From Patescibacteria group bacterium (lineage in GTDB: Bacteria; Patescibacteriota; Patescibacteriia; 2-12-FULL-60-25), in contig JAVHLR010000001.1 of the NCBI GenBank assembly GCA_031082005.1, positions 127,251 through 191,250 of the forward strand: a stretch of 64,000 nucleotides of DNA. Reading direction: 5' to 3'. Within the stretch, counting starts at the first letter, position 1, and every line of letters starts with the position of its first letter. A program made the translations under genes and the position numbers. A model generated the notes under the pieces. That model did not search any database. It was not told the origin of the DNA and saw only the letters and a program-made list of their open reading frames with translations. Shown here piece by piece: positions 42,472 to 53,146 of this stretch.

Positions 42472-43278
42472 ATGTCGAGAAAAAGAATATTAGATGATGT
42501 TGCTATGGAATCGGATGACCAGGTACTAGGAGGCGTTTCATCTGGCAACGGAGAACTCAAAAAAGGGCGACCATACAGTAACCTGTTCAGTCTTGGGCTG
42601 ATTACTGTCATGCTTGTCTGCGCGATGGCTTTGGGGTTTAAGCAGATGATATCGCCTCGCATTCAGACGCCGACCGAAAACAATCCGATTTCTGCTCCTG
42701 TTGATGTTTCGCAGCCAGAGACACAGGATTTAGTTGCGCTTGTTGCTCGGCATGTATCGGTAGATGCAGCAACGATACCGACCATAAATAAACTTGATGA
42801 TATCGATTCTTTGCGCGAAAAGGATCCAGCTTTTTACCAGTCTGCCCAAAAAGGAGACCTACTGTTCATCTGGGCCGATAAAATTGTCCTTTATTCCGTA
42901 TCAAAAGATCTAGTCCTCTCTGTTTTGCCGATTTCAGCTCCTTCCGGCGATGTGACGAACGTATCCTCTGACGGGCAAGCGGTCGAAAAAACGACAATTG
43001 AGGTCAGGAATGGCGCCGGAAAAGCGGGCATCGCAAAAACCGTGGCAGAAAAACTGGCGAATCTCGGATTTTCCGCACTTTCGCCCGCCAATGCAGCAAG
43101 GAACGACTACCCCTTAACCCTGGTCATTAAACTGACTGAACAGAACGTTACGCAGGCGCAATCATTGCTGCTCAATCAACTTGACGTATCAGATGTCACC
43201 TCGACTTTTCCCACCGGAGAAAAGGAAAGTTCGGCTGATTTTGTGGTAATTTTAGGCCAAGACGCGATAAACGAATGA
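42472..43278 (+). CDS. Membrane protein with LytR C-terminal domain
   Basis: One TM; IEVRNGAGKAGIA ... ADFVVILGQD. Confidence 0.82.
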   Translation: MSRKRILDDVAMESDDQVLGGVSSGNGELKKGRPYSNLFSLGLITVMLVCAMALGFKQMISPRIQTPTENNPISAPVDVSQPETQDLVALVARHVSVDAATIPTINKLDDIDSLREKDPAFYQSAQKGDLLFIWADKIVLYSVSKDLVLSVLPISAPSGDVTNVSSDGQAVEKTTIEVRNGAGKAGIAKTVAEKLANLGFSALSPANAARNDYPLTLVIKLTEQNVTQAQSLLLNQLDVSDVTSTFPTGEKESSADFVVILGQDAINE

Positions 43279-43382
43279 ACAGCCCGTGTTCAACGCGGAT
43301 TTTCTAATTTTTCATCAGCCACGGAGGTTGACTTTTTGTCTAAATCTTGACAATATCTGCTCACGTTCTTTTGAGGTGCACC

Positions 43383-44147
43383 ATGTCAAACAACAGGGCG
43401 GAAGAGCTGTTTTGGGATGTGTATGCGAGGCTGTATGACGACCTCGCAGGGCTTCTGCCTTACCGGCAGGAGATGGACGAAATCGTGAACGCGCTCGAGC
43501 GTATCCTTGCATCGGACGATGATCCGGGTGCCGAAGCCGGAGTAAGATCGGAGCTGACGCTGCTTGACGCTGCCTGTGGCACCGGCTACATGCTCGACAA
43601 GCTCTCTCAAGTCACGACGGGCGTCCGATTTGTCGGGGTTGACCGCTCGAAGGCCATGCTCAAACGTGCTTCGCGCCGCGTACAGACTTGCCGGCCGGCC
43701 AAGCTGCTCTTGGATGCAGACCTCGACGGTAAACTGCCTTTCCAGGACGGGAGCTTCGACGTCGTGAGTAGCGTGAATACGCTCTATGCACTGCAGGACC
43801 CGGACGTCTTCTTGACGGAGATCCGACGTGTGCTGAAGCCTGGAGGCACGGTCCTCATCGTTAACCCGTGGAAGCCTAAGCTTTTACCCATCTGGCGTGA
43901 GCACTTTGCGACGCTCGCTGAACGGCGCGACGAGCGGGAGTATCTGCGGACTGCGCTGCTCATGCCGTCCTTCCTCGCTATCACGGCGATCAACACCGTC
44001 ATCGCGCGCCGCGCCAAGGGGAAGGTTTATCACTTCCTCGAACCGGGCGAGCTCGCCCATCTCGTCCAAGCCAACGGATTCGTCATTGAGACGTTGCGCT
44101 ACGAGATCTACGCCGGCACTTGCTGTATGATTATCGCCCGCGGTTGA
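43383..44147 (+). CDS. Class I SAM-dependent methyltransferase
   Basis: LLDAACGTG, GVDRS.AML, LPFQDGSFD, RVLKPGG; GAGGTG SD; promoter TTGACT-17-CAATAT. Confidence 0.9.
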   Translation: MSNNRAEELFWDVYARLYDDLAGLLPYRQEMDEIVNALERILASDDDPGAEAGVRSELTLLDAACGTGYMLDKLSQVTTGVRFVGVDRSKAMLKRASRRVQTCRPAKLLLDADLDGKLPFQDGSFDVVSSVNTLYALQDPDVFLTEIRRVLKPGGTVLIVNPWKPKLLPIWREHFATLAERRDEREYLRTALLMPSFLAITAINTVIARRAKGKVYHFLEPGELAHLVQANGFVIETLRYEIYAGTCCMIIARG

Positions 44148-44265
44148 CTCACCAAGCCTCGCTTCACGCGAGGCTTCGACGTTTTACGCTAGTGTGGAAT
44201 CGGAATGCGTGATATTATTTTCGCCGCTCGTTCGCTCTTTCCACCCGAATGAAACGGAGCCGCAA

Positions 44266-44976
44266 ATGTCGACCAGTAGTTCTTGCCGCAAAACCGACGC
44301 AGCTTCGTTCTGCGTCGCCGGCAAATCAGCATCAGACTCCGGCGACTACCCCGTGGTCGCAGTGGAGCTGGTTCCCGGTTCGTTCCGGATGTCGATTCCG
44401 GATCGCAGCAACCCCGTCTACACGATTGACGTCGCGGTGACGGATGATGACATCAGGAAGACCTTCGAGATGAGGTACGGGGAGTTCTGCGTCAATATGA
44501 ACTCCCTGCCTCCCGAGGACTATCCTGACCATATCGAGACGGACGAATTCGATCGCGATGCCGTCCACTTCATCGCCCGCTATCGTGGGAATCCCGTGGG
44601 ATGTTTCAGGGTCATTTTCCCCGGCACCAAACCCTATCTCATGGAACGGGGTCCTGACGGTTTCAAGATCGAGAGCTGGTTTCCTCGAAACACTTCGTGC
44701 GAATTGTCGCGCATGGTCGGAAAACGGATCATCGATCCCGAGATCGGGGAGATCTGGCAATCGGAGCTGCTTTACGCAGCCGTCTGCTACTGGTGCGTTG
44801 AGCACGGCTTCACCCACTGGGCCTTCGCCATCCGCGAGCGCTTCTTCGACAGGCTAAGGCAGCTCGAATGGCCGTTTTTCCCCCTCTCGCCTCCGCGGAT
44901 GTATCACGGGATCGTCGCTTACCCCGTGATCGTCAACCTCCACGACTTTCTGCGGATACTGCTTCTCCGCAAGTAG
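44266..44976 (+). CDS. Acyl-homoserine-lactone synthase / N-acyl amino acid synthase (LuxI/FeeM-like GNAT)
   Basis: MRYGEFC, IETDEFD, HFIA, PVGCFRVI, CELSRM follow the conserved R..F / E.D.FD / G..R / E.SR series of this family. Confidence 0.8.
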   Translation: MSTSSSCRKTDAASFCVAGKSASDSGDYPVVAVELVPGSFRMSIPDRSNPVYTIDVAVTDDDIRKTFEMRYGEFCVNMNSLPPEDYPDHIETDEFDRDAVHFIARYRGNPVGCFRVIFPGTKPYLMERGPDGFKIESWFPRNTSCELSRMVGKRIIDPEIGEIWQSELLYAAVCYWCVEHGFTHWAFAIRERFFDRLRQLEWPFFPLSPPRMYHGIVAYPVIVNLHDFLRILLLRK

Positions 44977-45055
44977 TCCCTCCTATCCGACCCCTCCGGC
45001 TCTCGCGGAGGGGTTACTCGTATCTGCGTGTGATATAATGAAGACGTAGAAAATT

Positions 45056-47167
45056 ATGCTTTGGTTGAATGTTCTTCTTTTTTTTACTTTCATAGTAAAC
45101 GCCCTGTTGGGATTACTGATCTTTTTAAAGGCGCCAAAAAAGACTACTCATCGGTCGTTCGCGTTATTTTCGTTCATCGGCGTGGCTGGATGGAATTTTT
45201 CTATATTCGCTACGATCATGGAGGTCGGCTCTCCCTTGTTCTGGGGCAGGATAGCCTGGACATTCGCTGCATTCATCGCCGCCGGTCTTTTGTGGTTCAT
45301 TCATGTTTTCCCCGAACCGACGAAGCATTGGAAAGCCTGGCGTAATTTTTCTTTGATTTCCGGTTCGTTTTTCGCTTTTCTTGGCGGTTCTCCTTGGATG
45401 GTGAAGAGCGTCACGGTAGTCGACGGATACATCACGGGTGTGATCGTGCCGCTGCCTTATCTCGCGTGGGACGTCTTCTTCCTGTCTTCTCTGTTGTTCG
45501 CGATGATCTATTCATGGTATAGGACTGTAAAGGCGCACGGCCTCCTGAAAAACCAACTTAGAAGCGTGACTTTGGGGATTACCTTTTTTCTGGTCCCTTT
45601 CTTGACTACGAATATCGTCCTACCGCTCTTCGCCAACGATTTTCGCTGGAATAATCTGGGCCCCGTCTTCACCCTCTTCCTCATCGGCTTCACTGCACAT
45701 GCCATAATCAGCTATCGCTTCCTCGAGATCCGCTGGGTCATCAAGAAATCTTTTGATTTCATTTTCCTCTGGCTCTTGTCTTTCGTCATCATCTTCAGCT
45801 TTGATTATTTCCTCCGTCATTCGACCAATTTCCTGGTGCCGAGCCTGGTCTCTTCTTTCATCACGGCGATGCTCTTTGTCCCGGTCGCGCAATATATCTC
45901 CAAACTGACGGCAAAAGCCACGTCACGCGGCAGTTACGTCTATGAAGACGCGATCTCGGACATCTCGGACACGGTCAATAACTCCCTCGGCCTGGAGAAG
46001 TTGATGGACAACCTGACCGACAAGCTACAGGAATATTTCGGTTTCGCACGCGTCGGTCTGCTGACCTTCAGCTCGCAGAACGCCGCAACGCCATTGAAGG
46101 CGATCAACCGCGGTTTCGGCCGTGAAATCTACAAAGCCCTGACCCAGGGGATCTATTTCTGCGAGACCAAGAATCGTCAGATCCTTGAAGCCAGCGAACT
46201 GAAGTGGCGCTTGGCCAATGACATCAGGGGTGATGATCCGGAATGCGACAGGCAGATCATCAAATTCATGCAGGACAATAAGGTTGAAGTCATGATGCCG
46301 TTTTTTGCTGACGGCGAAATGGTGGCTCTAGGGTTTTTCGGCGAGAAGAAAGATAAGTCGATCCTGTCCAAGCGTGACATCATGCTGCTCGATGTGATCC
46401 GCGACACGGCCGCACCGGCCACTATGGGCGGCGTCAGGTACGAAGAGATCCGTCGCCTGTATAAGCAGTTGAGCAGCGTCGATAAGGTAAAGAGTGATTT
46501 CATCGAGGTCGTATCGCATCAGTTCCGCACGCCGCTGACCGCCATCCTGTGGAACTCCGAAATTGCTCTTGAGGGCAAGCGCATACCGGCCGATACGCGG
46601 GATAATCTGCATGAAATCCGCCAGCGCTCCTTATACCTTAGCTCGACCTTGAACAATATCCTCGATCTGCTCGCTATGGAGAACAATCAGCTTTCCATGG
46701 AGAAGAAGCTCGTTGATCTGCGTAAGCTGGCAGAAAGCGTAGTACGCGACTTGGATGCGACGAACAAGAAGAGGGGAGTGAAGATAGTCGCGAAACTGGA
46801 ACCGGCTTTGGTGAACGGCGACGCGGATAAGCTTACCCGTGTCTTGCGCACCCTGCTCGAGAACGCCTGCCAATACAGTAGAGACGACGGAAAGGTGACT
46901 ATCGACATCAGGACAGACAAAACTTCGGATAAAGTCGAGATTATCGTCACGGATAGCGGTTCCGGCATCAAGGAACAGGACCTGCCGCACGTCTTCGACC
47001 GCTTCTTCCGTTCGCAGGAGGCCATCAAGACGACAGCAGACGGAACCGGAGTCAGTCTTTACTTGGCGAAGCATTTCATCGAGAAACATAAGGGCACCAT
47101 CAGCCTGAAGAGCCGCATCGGTAAAGGCAGTGAGTTTACCGTGACCTTGCCGTTGGCGGAGATCTAG
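45056..47167 (+). CDS. Sensor histidine kinase with multi-TM (HisKA_7TM-like) input and GAF-like domain
   Basis: About 9 hydrophobic helices; LGFFGEKKDKSILSKRDIMLL GAF-like region; SHQFRTP, ENACQYS, DSGSGI, GTGVSL. Confidence 0.92.
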   Translation: MLWLNVLLFFTFIVNALLGLLIFLKAPKKTTHRSFALFSFIGVAGWNFSIFATIMEVGSPLFWGRIAWTFAAFIAAGLLWFIHVFPEPTKHWKAWRNFSLISGSFFAFLGGSPWMVKSVTVVDGYITGVIVPLPYLAWDVFFLSSLLFAMIYSWYRTVKAHGLLKNQLRSVTLGITFFLVPFLTTNIVLPLFANDFRWNNLGPVFTLFLIGFTAHAIISYRFLEIRWVIKKSFDFIFLWLLSFVIIFSFDYFLRHSTNFLVPSLVSSFITAMLFVPVAQYISKLTAKATSRGSYVYEDAISDISDTVNNSLGLEKLMDNLTDKLQEYFGFARVGLLTFSSQNAATPLKAINRGFGREIYKALTQGIYFCETKNRQILEASELKWRLANDIRGDDPECDRQIIKFMQDNKVEVMMPFFADGEMVALGFFGEKKDKSILSKRDIMLLDVIRDTAAPATMGGVRYEEIRRLYKQLSSVDKVKSDFIEVVSHQFRTPLTAILWNSEIALEGKRIPADTRDNLHEIRQRSLYLSSTLNNILDLLAMENNQLSMEKKLVDLRKLAESVVRDLDATNKKRGVKIVAKLEPALVNGDADKLTRVLRTLLENACQYSRDDGKVTIDIRTDKTSDKVEIIVTDSGSGIKEQDLPHVFDRFFRSQEAIKTTADGTGVSLYLAKHFIEKHKGTISLKSRIGKGSEFTVTLPLAEI

Positions 47168-47188
47168 CCGCACAGGGTCATATTTTTA

Positions 47189-47217
47189 TTTACACTGCCG
47201 CTTTTACCGGGTATAAT
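47189..47217 (+). promoter_or_regulatory. Promoter of the receiver-pilus operon
   Basis: TTTACA-17-TATAAT, 8 nt before the ATG at 47226. Confidence 0.7.
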
Positions 47218-47225
47218 CGTTGCAT

Positions 47226-47612
47226 ATGGCGAAAAAATCAGCTGCGTTGATACTTGTTGTTGAGGATGACAAATTCTTGCTTAAAGCGTTGTCTGCCAAG
47301 CTCAAATCTTCCGGCTTCGAAGTCGGCACAGCGGTGGACGGAGACGAGGGATTGAAGTTCCTGGCGCACAACAAACCGGACCTCATATTGCTCGACTTGA
47401 TCATGCCCAAAAAAAACGGTTTTGAGTTTCTGGAGGAGGCGCGAGCCAGTAAGACGCTGCTCAAATGTCCGGTTGTGATACTCACCAACCTAGGTCAGGA
47501 AAGCGACATCAAGAAGGGTCTGGATCTTGGCGCGCAGGACTACTTGGTCAAGACGAAATTTTCATTGCAGCAGGTGGTCGAGATGGTCAACAAATATCTT
47601 GAGAAAAAATGA
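47226..47612 (+). CDS. Single-domain response regulator (receiver only)
   Basis: VVEDD, LLDLIMP, ILTN, DYLVK; ATGA overlap with pilB. Confidence 0.93.
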   Translation: MAKKSAALILVVEDDKFLLKALSAKLKSSGFEVGTAVDGDEGLKFLAHNKPDLILLDLIMPKKNGFEFLEEARASKTLLKCPVVILTNLGQESDIKKGLDLGAQDYLVKTKFSLQQVVEMVNKYLEKK

Positions 47613-49291
47613 ACGGCGCCCTTAACGCAGACAGATTGAAGAAGCTGTTGTTGGACGGCAAGTTTTTGAGTTCCAAGCAATTGACCGAAGCTGCCCTTAA
47701 GTCCGAGAACGAAAAGATCCCCCTGGATGAGGCGATCGTGGATCTGGGCTATCTTTCCGACACCGAGCTGGGCAAGCTCGTCGCTTCTGAACTCGGTCTC
47801 CTTTTTTTTGACGTGACGGAAAAGATCGAATCTGACGCTTTGGGCCTACTGCCGGAAAGGGTGGCCAGAGGACAGCAGACCGTTGTCTATCGGATCAATG
47901 ATGAGGGCTTGTGGTTGGCATCGAATCAGGTGGGCAACTATGAATTCTTTAAGTTGGTGGAAAAGCGCTACAAACAGCCTATCCACTTGGCTTATGCCAC
48001 GCGTTTCGGCATAAAGCAGGCGCTTGATGGTTATCAGAAGGATCCTATCATCCAGATTCGTGAGCTGCTGAAGCGCATGGAGCGCAACCAGTTGGACGAA
48101 GATGTCACGCAGCTGGTGCAGCTGTTGCTGACTTCGGCTTTCGACAATCACGCTTCCGATATCCATATCGAGCCGGAAGATGACAATGTCGTCGTCCGCT
48201 TTCGGATCGATGGCAACATGCGCGAGATGGTCCGCTACCCTGTCGAGCTCCACGAGAAGGTCGTATTTCGTATTAAGATTTTGGCTCGTCTGCGCACTGA
48301 CGAACACGCGCAAGCTCAAGACGGACGCTTCGAGATAAAGCTGCATGGCGTCGATCTGAATTTGCGCGTTTCTGTGTTGCCGATCACGCACGGCGAGAAT
48401 GTGGTGATGCGTCTTCTGACGGAGCGCTTCCAGCGTCTGCGCCTTGAGGATCTCGGGTTGCAGCCGGATGACATGGACAAGATCATCCATGCGGCCGAAA
48501 TGCCGTACGGTATGATCGTCGCTGCGGGACCGACCGGTTCCGGCAAGACTACGACGCTTTACGCCATCATTAATATCTTGAACAAACCGGACGTGAATCT
48601 GATGACGATCGAGGATCCGGTCGAATACAACATCAAGGGGATCCGCCAGATACAGGTCAACCCACGCACCAACCTGACCTTTGAAGCCGGCCTGAAGTCT
48701 ATCGTGCGCCAGGACCCAGACATCATCATGGTCGGCGAAATACGCGACCCCAAGACGGCGGACATCGCAGTCAACGCCGCCCTGACCGGACATCTTCTCC
48801 TGACCTCGTTGCATGCCAACGATGCCGCAGCCAGTTTGCCGCGTATCTTCGAGATGGATGTGGAGCCCTTCCTTATCGCTTCATCCGTCAACGTGGTATT
48901 GGCGCAGCGCCTCGTCAGACGCGTCTGTACGCACTGTATCGAGAGCTATGCCTTGTCGGACGAAGAAAAAGAGGCGATCGAGCGCGACGAGGGCATGGTC
49001 AAACTCGTCAAAGACGAGAGCGGCCAGAAGAATCTGTCGAAGGTCCGCGTTTATCGTGGCGCCGGATGTACTTATTGCTCGCACAGCGGTTTCTCCGGTC
49101 GCATCGGCATCTATGAGATACTTGAGGTGACCGAGTCGCTGCGCCCCCTCATCGTGGAAAAAGCTTCATCCGATGTATTCCGCCAAGCCGCCATAAAAGA
49201 GGGCATGCGCACCATGCTGCACGATGGGATGCAGAAGGTCTTCCAGGGGATGACGACTTTAGGCGAGGTGATCCGCGCGACCAAACTATAA
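47609..49291 (+). CDS. pilB: Type IV pilus assembly ATPase (PilB/GspE)
   Basis: ASDIHIEP, GPTGSGKTT, TIEDPVEY, RQDPDIIMVGEIRD, AALTGH, tetra-Cys. Confidence 0.95.
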   Translation: MNGALNADRLKKLLLDGKFLSSKQLTEAALKSENEKIPLDEAIVDLGYLSDTELGKLVASELGLLFFDVTEKIESDALGLLPERVARGQQTVVYRINDEGLWLASNQVGNYEFFKLVEKRYKQPIHLAYATRFGIKQALDGYQKDPIIQIRELLKRMERNQLDEDVTQLVQLLLTSAFDNHASDIHIEPEDDNVVVRFRIDGNMREMVRYPVELHEKVVFRIKILARLRTDEHAQAQDGRFEIKLHGVDLNLRVSVLPITHGENVVMRLLTERFQRLRLEDLGLQPDDMDKIIHAAEMPYGMIVAAGPTGSGKTTTLYAIINILNKPDVNLMTIEDPVEYNIKGIRQIQVNPRTNLTFEAGLKSIVRQDPDIIMVGEIRDPKTADIAVNAALTGHLLLTSLHANDAAASLPRIFEMDVEPFLIASSVNVVLAQRLVRRVCTHCIESYALSDEEKEAIERDEGMVKLVKDESGQKNLSKVRVYRGAGCTYCSHSGFSGRIGIYEILEVTESLRPLIVEKASSDVFRQAAIKEGMRTMLHDGMQKVFQGMTTLGEVIRATKL

Positions 49292-49295
49292 ATTT

Positions 49296-50369
49296 ATGCA
49301 AGTCATCGTACCTTTCGCCAAAAGAATTTTCGCCGGAGAGATGGTCGATTTTTTCAAGAACCTCTCCCTCATGGTGAAGAGCGGTATCCCCATAGACGAG
49401 GCTCTCCAGATCCTACTGCTCCAGACGCGCAGCTCGACTTTCAAGAGTTTCCTCAAGGCTGTCTCGAAGCAGGTGAAACAGGGCAGTAGTCTGTCTAAGG
49501 CATTCTTGCCTTATCGCAGATACTTGTCCGACCTCGTCATCAATATCGTAAAGGCGGGCGAGATCAACGGCACGTTGGAGGGGAACATGCACTATATCGC
49601 GGATATCCTGACGCGCCGCCGTGAACTTAAGCAGCGCTTGAGCAACGCCCTGCTCTATCCCGAGATCGTACTCGTCATGGCCTTCATGGTCGGCGGCGGC
49701 ATTTCGGTCATGATCCTGCCAAAGCTGATCCCTCTTTTCCGGGCCCTGAACGTCGATCTGCCCTTGGCTAGCCGCATCCTGCTCGGCGTTTCCGTGTTCC
49801 TCCAGCAGTACGGTCTGCAGCTGTTGCCTGTCGCGATTTTCGTCGTCATCCTGCTCACCGTCCTGTCGAAGATCTATTTTTTCCGCTGGTTGATAGATAC
49901 GGTCTCTTTGCGCTTGCCGTTTTTCGGCCGTCTGGTGAAGAACTATCAACTCGCTCTGTTCTGCCAATTGTTCGGCACTCTTTTCAAGAGCGGTTTGCCC
50001 ATCAAGGATGCCATGGTGGCCACATCAGAGGCCATGACCAACGTCCGCTACCGGAATATCCTGACCAAGGCCACGAGCCGCGTCACATCCGGCACCCCTC
50101 TCTCGGCCACGCTCAAGAGATACACGTTCTATTTCCCGCAGAACATGATCTCGATCATCGCCGTCGGCGAAACCAGCGGACGTCTGGAGGAATCGTTCGG
50201 ATATCTCGCGACCTATTACGAGAATGAAGTCGATGTGCAGACCAAACGGTTGCCGACGCTTATCGAGCCGTTGTTGCTGCTCGTCATCGGACTGATCGTA
50301 GCCTTCGTCGCCGCAGCCATCATCTCACCGATTTATGAAATCACGAGCGGCATCAAGGCCGGCCGTTGA
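49296..50369 (+). CDS. pilC: Type IV pilus platform protein (PilC/GspF)
   Basis: KSGIPI, AGEINGTL, LYP, VGETSGRL, LIEP. Confidence 0.93.
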   Translation: MQVIVPFAKRIFAGEMVDFFKNLSLMVKSGIPIDEALQILLLQTRSSTFKSFLKAVSKQVKQGSSLSKAFLPYRRYLSDLVINIVKAGEINGTLEGNMHYIADILTRRRELKQRLSNALLYPEIVLVMAFMVGGGISVMILPKLIPLFRALNVDLPLASRILLGVSVFLQQYGLQLLPVAIFVVILLTVLSKIYFFRWLIDTVSLRLPFFGRLVKNYQLALFCQLFGTLFKSGLPIKDAMVATSEAMTNVRYRNILTKATSRVTSGTPLSATLKRYTFYFPQNMISIIAVGETSGRLEESFGYLATYYENEVDVQTKRLPTLIEPLLLLVIGLIVAFVAAAIISPIYEITSGIKAGR

Positions 50370-50802
50370 ACGCGGCTTCACCTTGCTGGAGCTGCTGCTC
50401 ACGATCGCTATCGGAGTGGCCATTTTTTCGCTGACCGTCCCTACCATGATCCGTTTCTACCGCAGCCAGATAGTCGATGATACCGCGAAGAACATGGTCG
50501 ATTCATTGCGTCGCGCGCATCAATACTCGATTGCTCAAGTGGATGGCCAATCCTACGGGGTCAAACTGCTTCCTTTGTCTAATTCATACGTTCTGTTCCA
50601 AGGCAGCTCCTATGCCCTGCGTAACACCGTCGAGGACGAGATCGAATCATATCCTTCCATCGTGACGATAGACGCTACTTCGACGGAAGTCGTTTTTTCC
50701 CGTCTGCACGGCACATCGACGGTTTCCGGTACCTGGACTCTGTCTGGCGGCTTGACGCGCAGCATCATCATCAGTCCGCAAGGCACGATAGATCTGCAAT
50801 GA
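50335..50802 (+). CDS. Minor pilin (FimT/GspH-like)
   Basis: Class III signal RG/FTLLE. Confidence 0.85.
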   Translation: MKSRAASRPAVERGFTLLELLLTIAIGVAIFSLTVPTMIRFYRSQIVDDTAKNMVDSLRRAHQYSIAQVDGQSYGVKLLPLSNSYVLFQGSSYALRNTVEDEIESYPSIVTIDATSTEVVFSRLHGTSTVSGTWTLSGGLTRSIIISPQGTIDLQ

Positions 50803-50815
50803 CCGTTTGCTTATT

Positions 50816-52234
50816 ATGACGAAACATTCCGGACAAAGCTTACTCGAAGTCCTCCTGGCGATCGCGATTTTTGTCTTGGGTTTCGTCACCCTTTCGTCGA
50901 TTTTCATCGATTCCGGGGTCACGAACCGCGTCAGCATCGAAAGATCCAGGGCGAACCGTTTTGCCCTGGAGGGGCTTGAGGCTGCACGTGCTATCCGCGA
51001 CCGTTCATTCAGCGAACTCACCTTGGGCACCAAAGGCTTGGACGCATCCAGTGGCCAGTGGGTCTTTTCCGGCACGAGCGATACCCAAAACGGGTTTACG
51101 CGTTCCATCGAGATAGGTTCACTCGGTACGAACTATCGCTTCGTCACCTCGACCGTCAGCTGGATCGCCTCGAACGGACAGCAGTCTGCTTCTACATTCG
51201 TAAGCATACTTTCAAACTGGCAGGCGCAAACGGGAGGTGGCAGTTGGCAGAATCCTGTCGTCGCCGCGACCACGACCCTGCCTGGCAATATCACGGCGTT
51301 GTCTGTCGAGGTCTATGACAACCGCTTATACGTGACCACTCCGGTGAATGCGCAGGGCCCTGAATTCTTGATTTACGACATCTCGAACGAGATAAGCCCT
51401 GTTTATCTTGGAGGACTGGAATTAGGCAAAACGATTTTCACCACCTTCGTATCCGGAACGCGCGCCTATTTGGCTGCCGATGATAATCCGGATGAGGTAA
51501 AAATCGTCGACGTCGCGTCATCGACGAACCCGTACGAGATAGGGTCGATCAAACTTAACGGTAATTCCAACGTAAACGGCATCGAATACTACGACGCGAA
51601 CACGATCCATCTGGTCAGAGAGCGCCAAGGTAACCAGCCGACGTATTTCATATACAACGTAGCGAATCCCTTGTCTCCGACCTTGTTGGGCAGCGTCAAT
51701 TTAGGTGGAGGAGGAAAAGATTTATCCCTCGTCAGACCCACGACGCCACCCTTCACCATTTTTGCGACTGATGCTAATTCGCAGGAATTCGCGACCGTCA
51801 ACACCTCGAATCCAGCCAACATGGGAGTCGGCGGCGCAATTAATCTAGGAGGGACAGAAGATGCACTATCCTGCGCTGTATCAGGTACGACAATCGGATT
51901 TTTGGGTTCGGCTGTCCGCTCTACGACCCAGGAGTTCTTCACCATCAACATCACCAACCTGACCACCCCCGCGACGTTGGGCAGCTTCGAGATAAACGCC
52001 AACGTCAATCGCATGGCCAGACATTCGGCGACGCCTAGTCTTGTTTATCTGGCGTCATCCTCGTCGACCAAGGAATTCATTATTTTGAATGTTGCCAACG
52101 TCTTCAGTCCAACGGTTTATGGCGGAGCCAACCTTTCTGCCGCCGCGACTGATGTCGCCGTCGCCACCACCACTGCATACATCACGACCCAGGATCCGAC
52201 GGCTGCGTTGATGATCGTCCAAGGGGGACCCTGA
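50816..52234 (+). CDS. Large minor pilin (PilV-like) with C-terminal LVIVD-type beta-propeller repeats
   Basis: SG/QSLLE; EGLEAARAIRD; repeated F.I.DIS.P..P..LG units. Confidence 0.85.
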   Translation: MTKHSGQSLLEVLLAIAIFVLGFVTLSSIFIDSGVTNRVSIERSRANRFALEGLEAARAIRDRSFSELTLGTKGLDASSGQWVFSGTSDTQNGFTRSIEIGSLGTNYRFVTSTVSWIASNGQQSASTFVSILSNWQAQTGGGSWQNPVVAATTTLPGNITALSVEVYDNRLYVTTPVNAQGPEFLIYDISNEISPVYLGGLELGKTIFTTFVSGTRAYLAADDNPDEVKIVDVASSTNPYEIGSIKLNGNSNVNGIEYYDANTIHLVRERQGNQPTYFIYNVANPLSPTLLGSVNLGGGGKDLSLVRPTTPPFTIFATDANSQEFATVNTSNPANMGVGGAINLGGTEDALSCAVSGTTIGFLGSAVRSTTQEFFTINITNLTTPATLGSFEINANVNRMARHSATPSLVYLASSSSTKEFIILNVANVFSPTVYGGANLSAAATDVAVATTTAYITTQDPTAALMIVQGGP

Positions 52235-52235
52235 T

Positions 52236-52748
52236 ATGCCTAAGAAACAAGAAGCGTTCACTTTACTGGAGTTCATGCTTTATGCGGGCATAGTCGCAGT
52301 TTTGCTGTTCGCGACCACCGAAGTCATCTTGAGCCTATTGGATGGAAAGGCGAAGATAGACGCGATCCAGGAGATAAACCAGAACGAACGCCTGGTCATG
52401 CGCATGATGTCGCAAGCCATCAGAAGCGCGAACAGTGTGACCACGCCAGCGCAAGGCGCAACCAGCAGTATTTTGGTGTTGCAGACTGATTCGACTACCA
52501 CCAGCCCTACGATATTTTCCGTCGTCGACCAAACGCTGCAAGTCAAGGAGGGCAACGCAGCCACCACCACGCTGACTTCGAGCGGCGTCAGGATATCTTC
52601 CCTCGAGTTCCGTAATCTGGCGTCCACAGGCACCCCGGCGAATATCCGCATCAACTTGTCAGTAAGCAGCGAAAATCCGACGAATGATTCTGATTACGAT
52701 GCCAGCGACAGCATCGAGGGTGCAGCATCAGTCAGAAGAAAGCTATGA
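52236..52748 (+). CDS. Minor pilin (PilW-like)
   Basis: EA/FTLLE followed by hydrophobic helix. Confidence 0.8.
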   Translation: MPKKQEAFTLLEFMLYAGIVAVLLFATTEVILSLLDGKAKIDAIQEINQNERLVMRMMSQAIRSANSVTTPAQGATSSILVLQTDSTTTSPTIFSVVDQTLQVKEGNAATTTLTSSGVRISSLEFRNLASTGTPANIRINLSVSSENPTNDSDYDASDSIEGAASVRRKL

Positions 52749-53146
52749 CCATCACGAAAGCGAAAGGTTTTATTGCCCTAGTCTCTGTCGCCGTACTCAT
52801 GGCGGTCGGTTTGACCATAACTACGGGTCTGCTGATCCGGGCGGCCGGCGAATCACGTTTGGCCGTCAATGACGACTATCAGATCCGTTCACAAGCCGCA
52901 ACGACAGCCTGTGCCGAATGGGCGCTCATGAGCCTGAAATCTTCCTTGACTTACGCGGGCAACGAGACGCTCAAGGTGGGCGACGATATGTGCAGTATTT
53001 TAGCCGTCGGCGGCGTCGGAAACCTGAACCGCACCCTCGATGCGACAAGCACGGTTTCGGGTGCCCACAGCCGGTTGCGTCTGGAGATTTATTCTGTTAA
53101 TCCTTATCTGACTGTCTCGTCTTGGAAGGACGTGGTATCTTTTTGA
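52745..53146 (+). CDS. Minor pilin (PilX-like)
   Basis: KG/FIALV without Glu5, typical of PilX/GspK. Confidence 0.75.
   Translation: MTITKAKGFIALVSVAVLMAVGLTITTGLLIRAAGESRLAVNDDYQIRSQAATTACAEWALMSLKSSLTYAGNETLKVGDDMCSILAVGGVGNLNRTLDATSTVSGAHSRLRLEIYSVNPYLTVSSWKDVVSF

Noticed and set aside
47846..49967. 322-aa and 184-aa minus-strand ORFs
   Set aside because: Antisense to pilB and pilC
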